A stretch of 64,000 nt of DNA from Lama glama (Eukaryota), in assembly GCA_028534125.1 (NCBI GenBank), contig CM052816.1:27840001-27904000 (forward strand). The letters run 5' to 3'. How positions within the stretch are numbered: the stretch's first letter is position 1; each line of letters begins with the position of its first letter. Below the pieces are notes generated by a model. That model made no database searches, was not told where the DNA came from, and saw only the letters and a list, made by a program, of their open reading frames with translations. This document shows positions 63,622-64,000 of the stretch, one piece after another. Made by a program: the position numbers and the translations under genes.

Positions 63622-64000
63622 TGCTCGTTTCTCTTTCTGGGACCCTTATAATGTGAATATTAGTGTGCTTCATGTTGTCCCAGAGTTCTCTTAAACTATC
63701 CTCATTTCTTTTCATTTCTTTTTCTTTTTTCTGTTCTGCAGTAGTGATGCCCACTAATCTGTCTTCTAGATCCATTCTTCTGCCTTGTTTAGTCTGTTCT
63801 TGGTGTCTTCTAGTGTGTTATTCATTTCAGTGATTTTATTCTTCAACTCTGGGTATTCTTTATATTATCAAACTCTTTGCTAAAAACTTTGCTCTGTGCA
63901 TCTATACTCCTCTCGAGTTCTCTGAACATCTTCACCAACATTACTCTAAACACTTTCTTGGATAAATTGCCTATCTCCTCATCACTTATTTCTTCTTCTG
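63622..64000 (-). mobile_element. L1 ORF1 fragment running off the window
   Basis: Translation LEDRLVGITTAEQKKEKEMKRNEDSLRELWDNMKHTNIHIIRVPERE matches the L1 ORF1p coiled-coil/RRM junction. Confidence 0.92.

Noticed and set aside
1..64000. Inferring a host gene strand from repeat orientation
   Set aside because: Long L1s are mostly on the minus strand while LTRs are mostly on the plus strand, so the signals conflict.
1..64000. CRISPR arrays, operons or other prokaryote-type systems; tRNA, rRNA and snRNA genes
   Set aside because: The sequence is mammalian, and I saw no regularly spaced repeats or recognisable structural RNA genes.

Overview
This is AT-rich, CpG-poor mammalian non-coding DNA (intergenic or deep intronic). 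It is dominated by interspersed repeats: many LINE-1 fragments of different ages, L2, CR1/L3, MIR, several solo LTRs (ERV1, ERVL, MaLR) and hAT/Tigger DNA-transposon relics. There is also one 500-N assembly gap. The repeat content suggests a camelid-like artiodactyl (inference): a Tigger2a_Art-like MITE and artiodactyl-type L1 3' ends are present, and I recognised no Alu, Bov-A/BovB, CHR or PRE-1 SINEs. No host protein-coding gene or RNA gene can be supported; the recognisable ORFs are L1 ORF1/ORF2 remnants. I found no convincing new biological system. The most unusual observations are (1) a young L1 flanked by an exact ~118-bp duplication, (2) an L1 5'-end-only insertion with an apparent TSD nested in another L1, (3) a CpG-retaining solo LTR with intact TATA, NRF1-like and polyA motifs, and (4) several exon-like cassettes with good splice sites. 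Family names come from recalled consensus sequences and are not database-verified. Most repeat boundaries are approximate.
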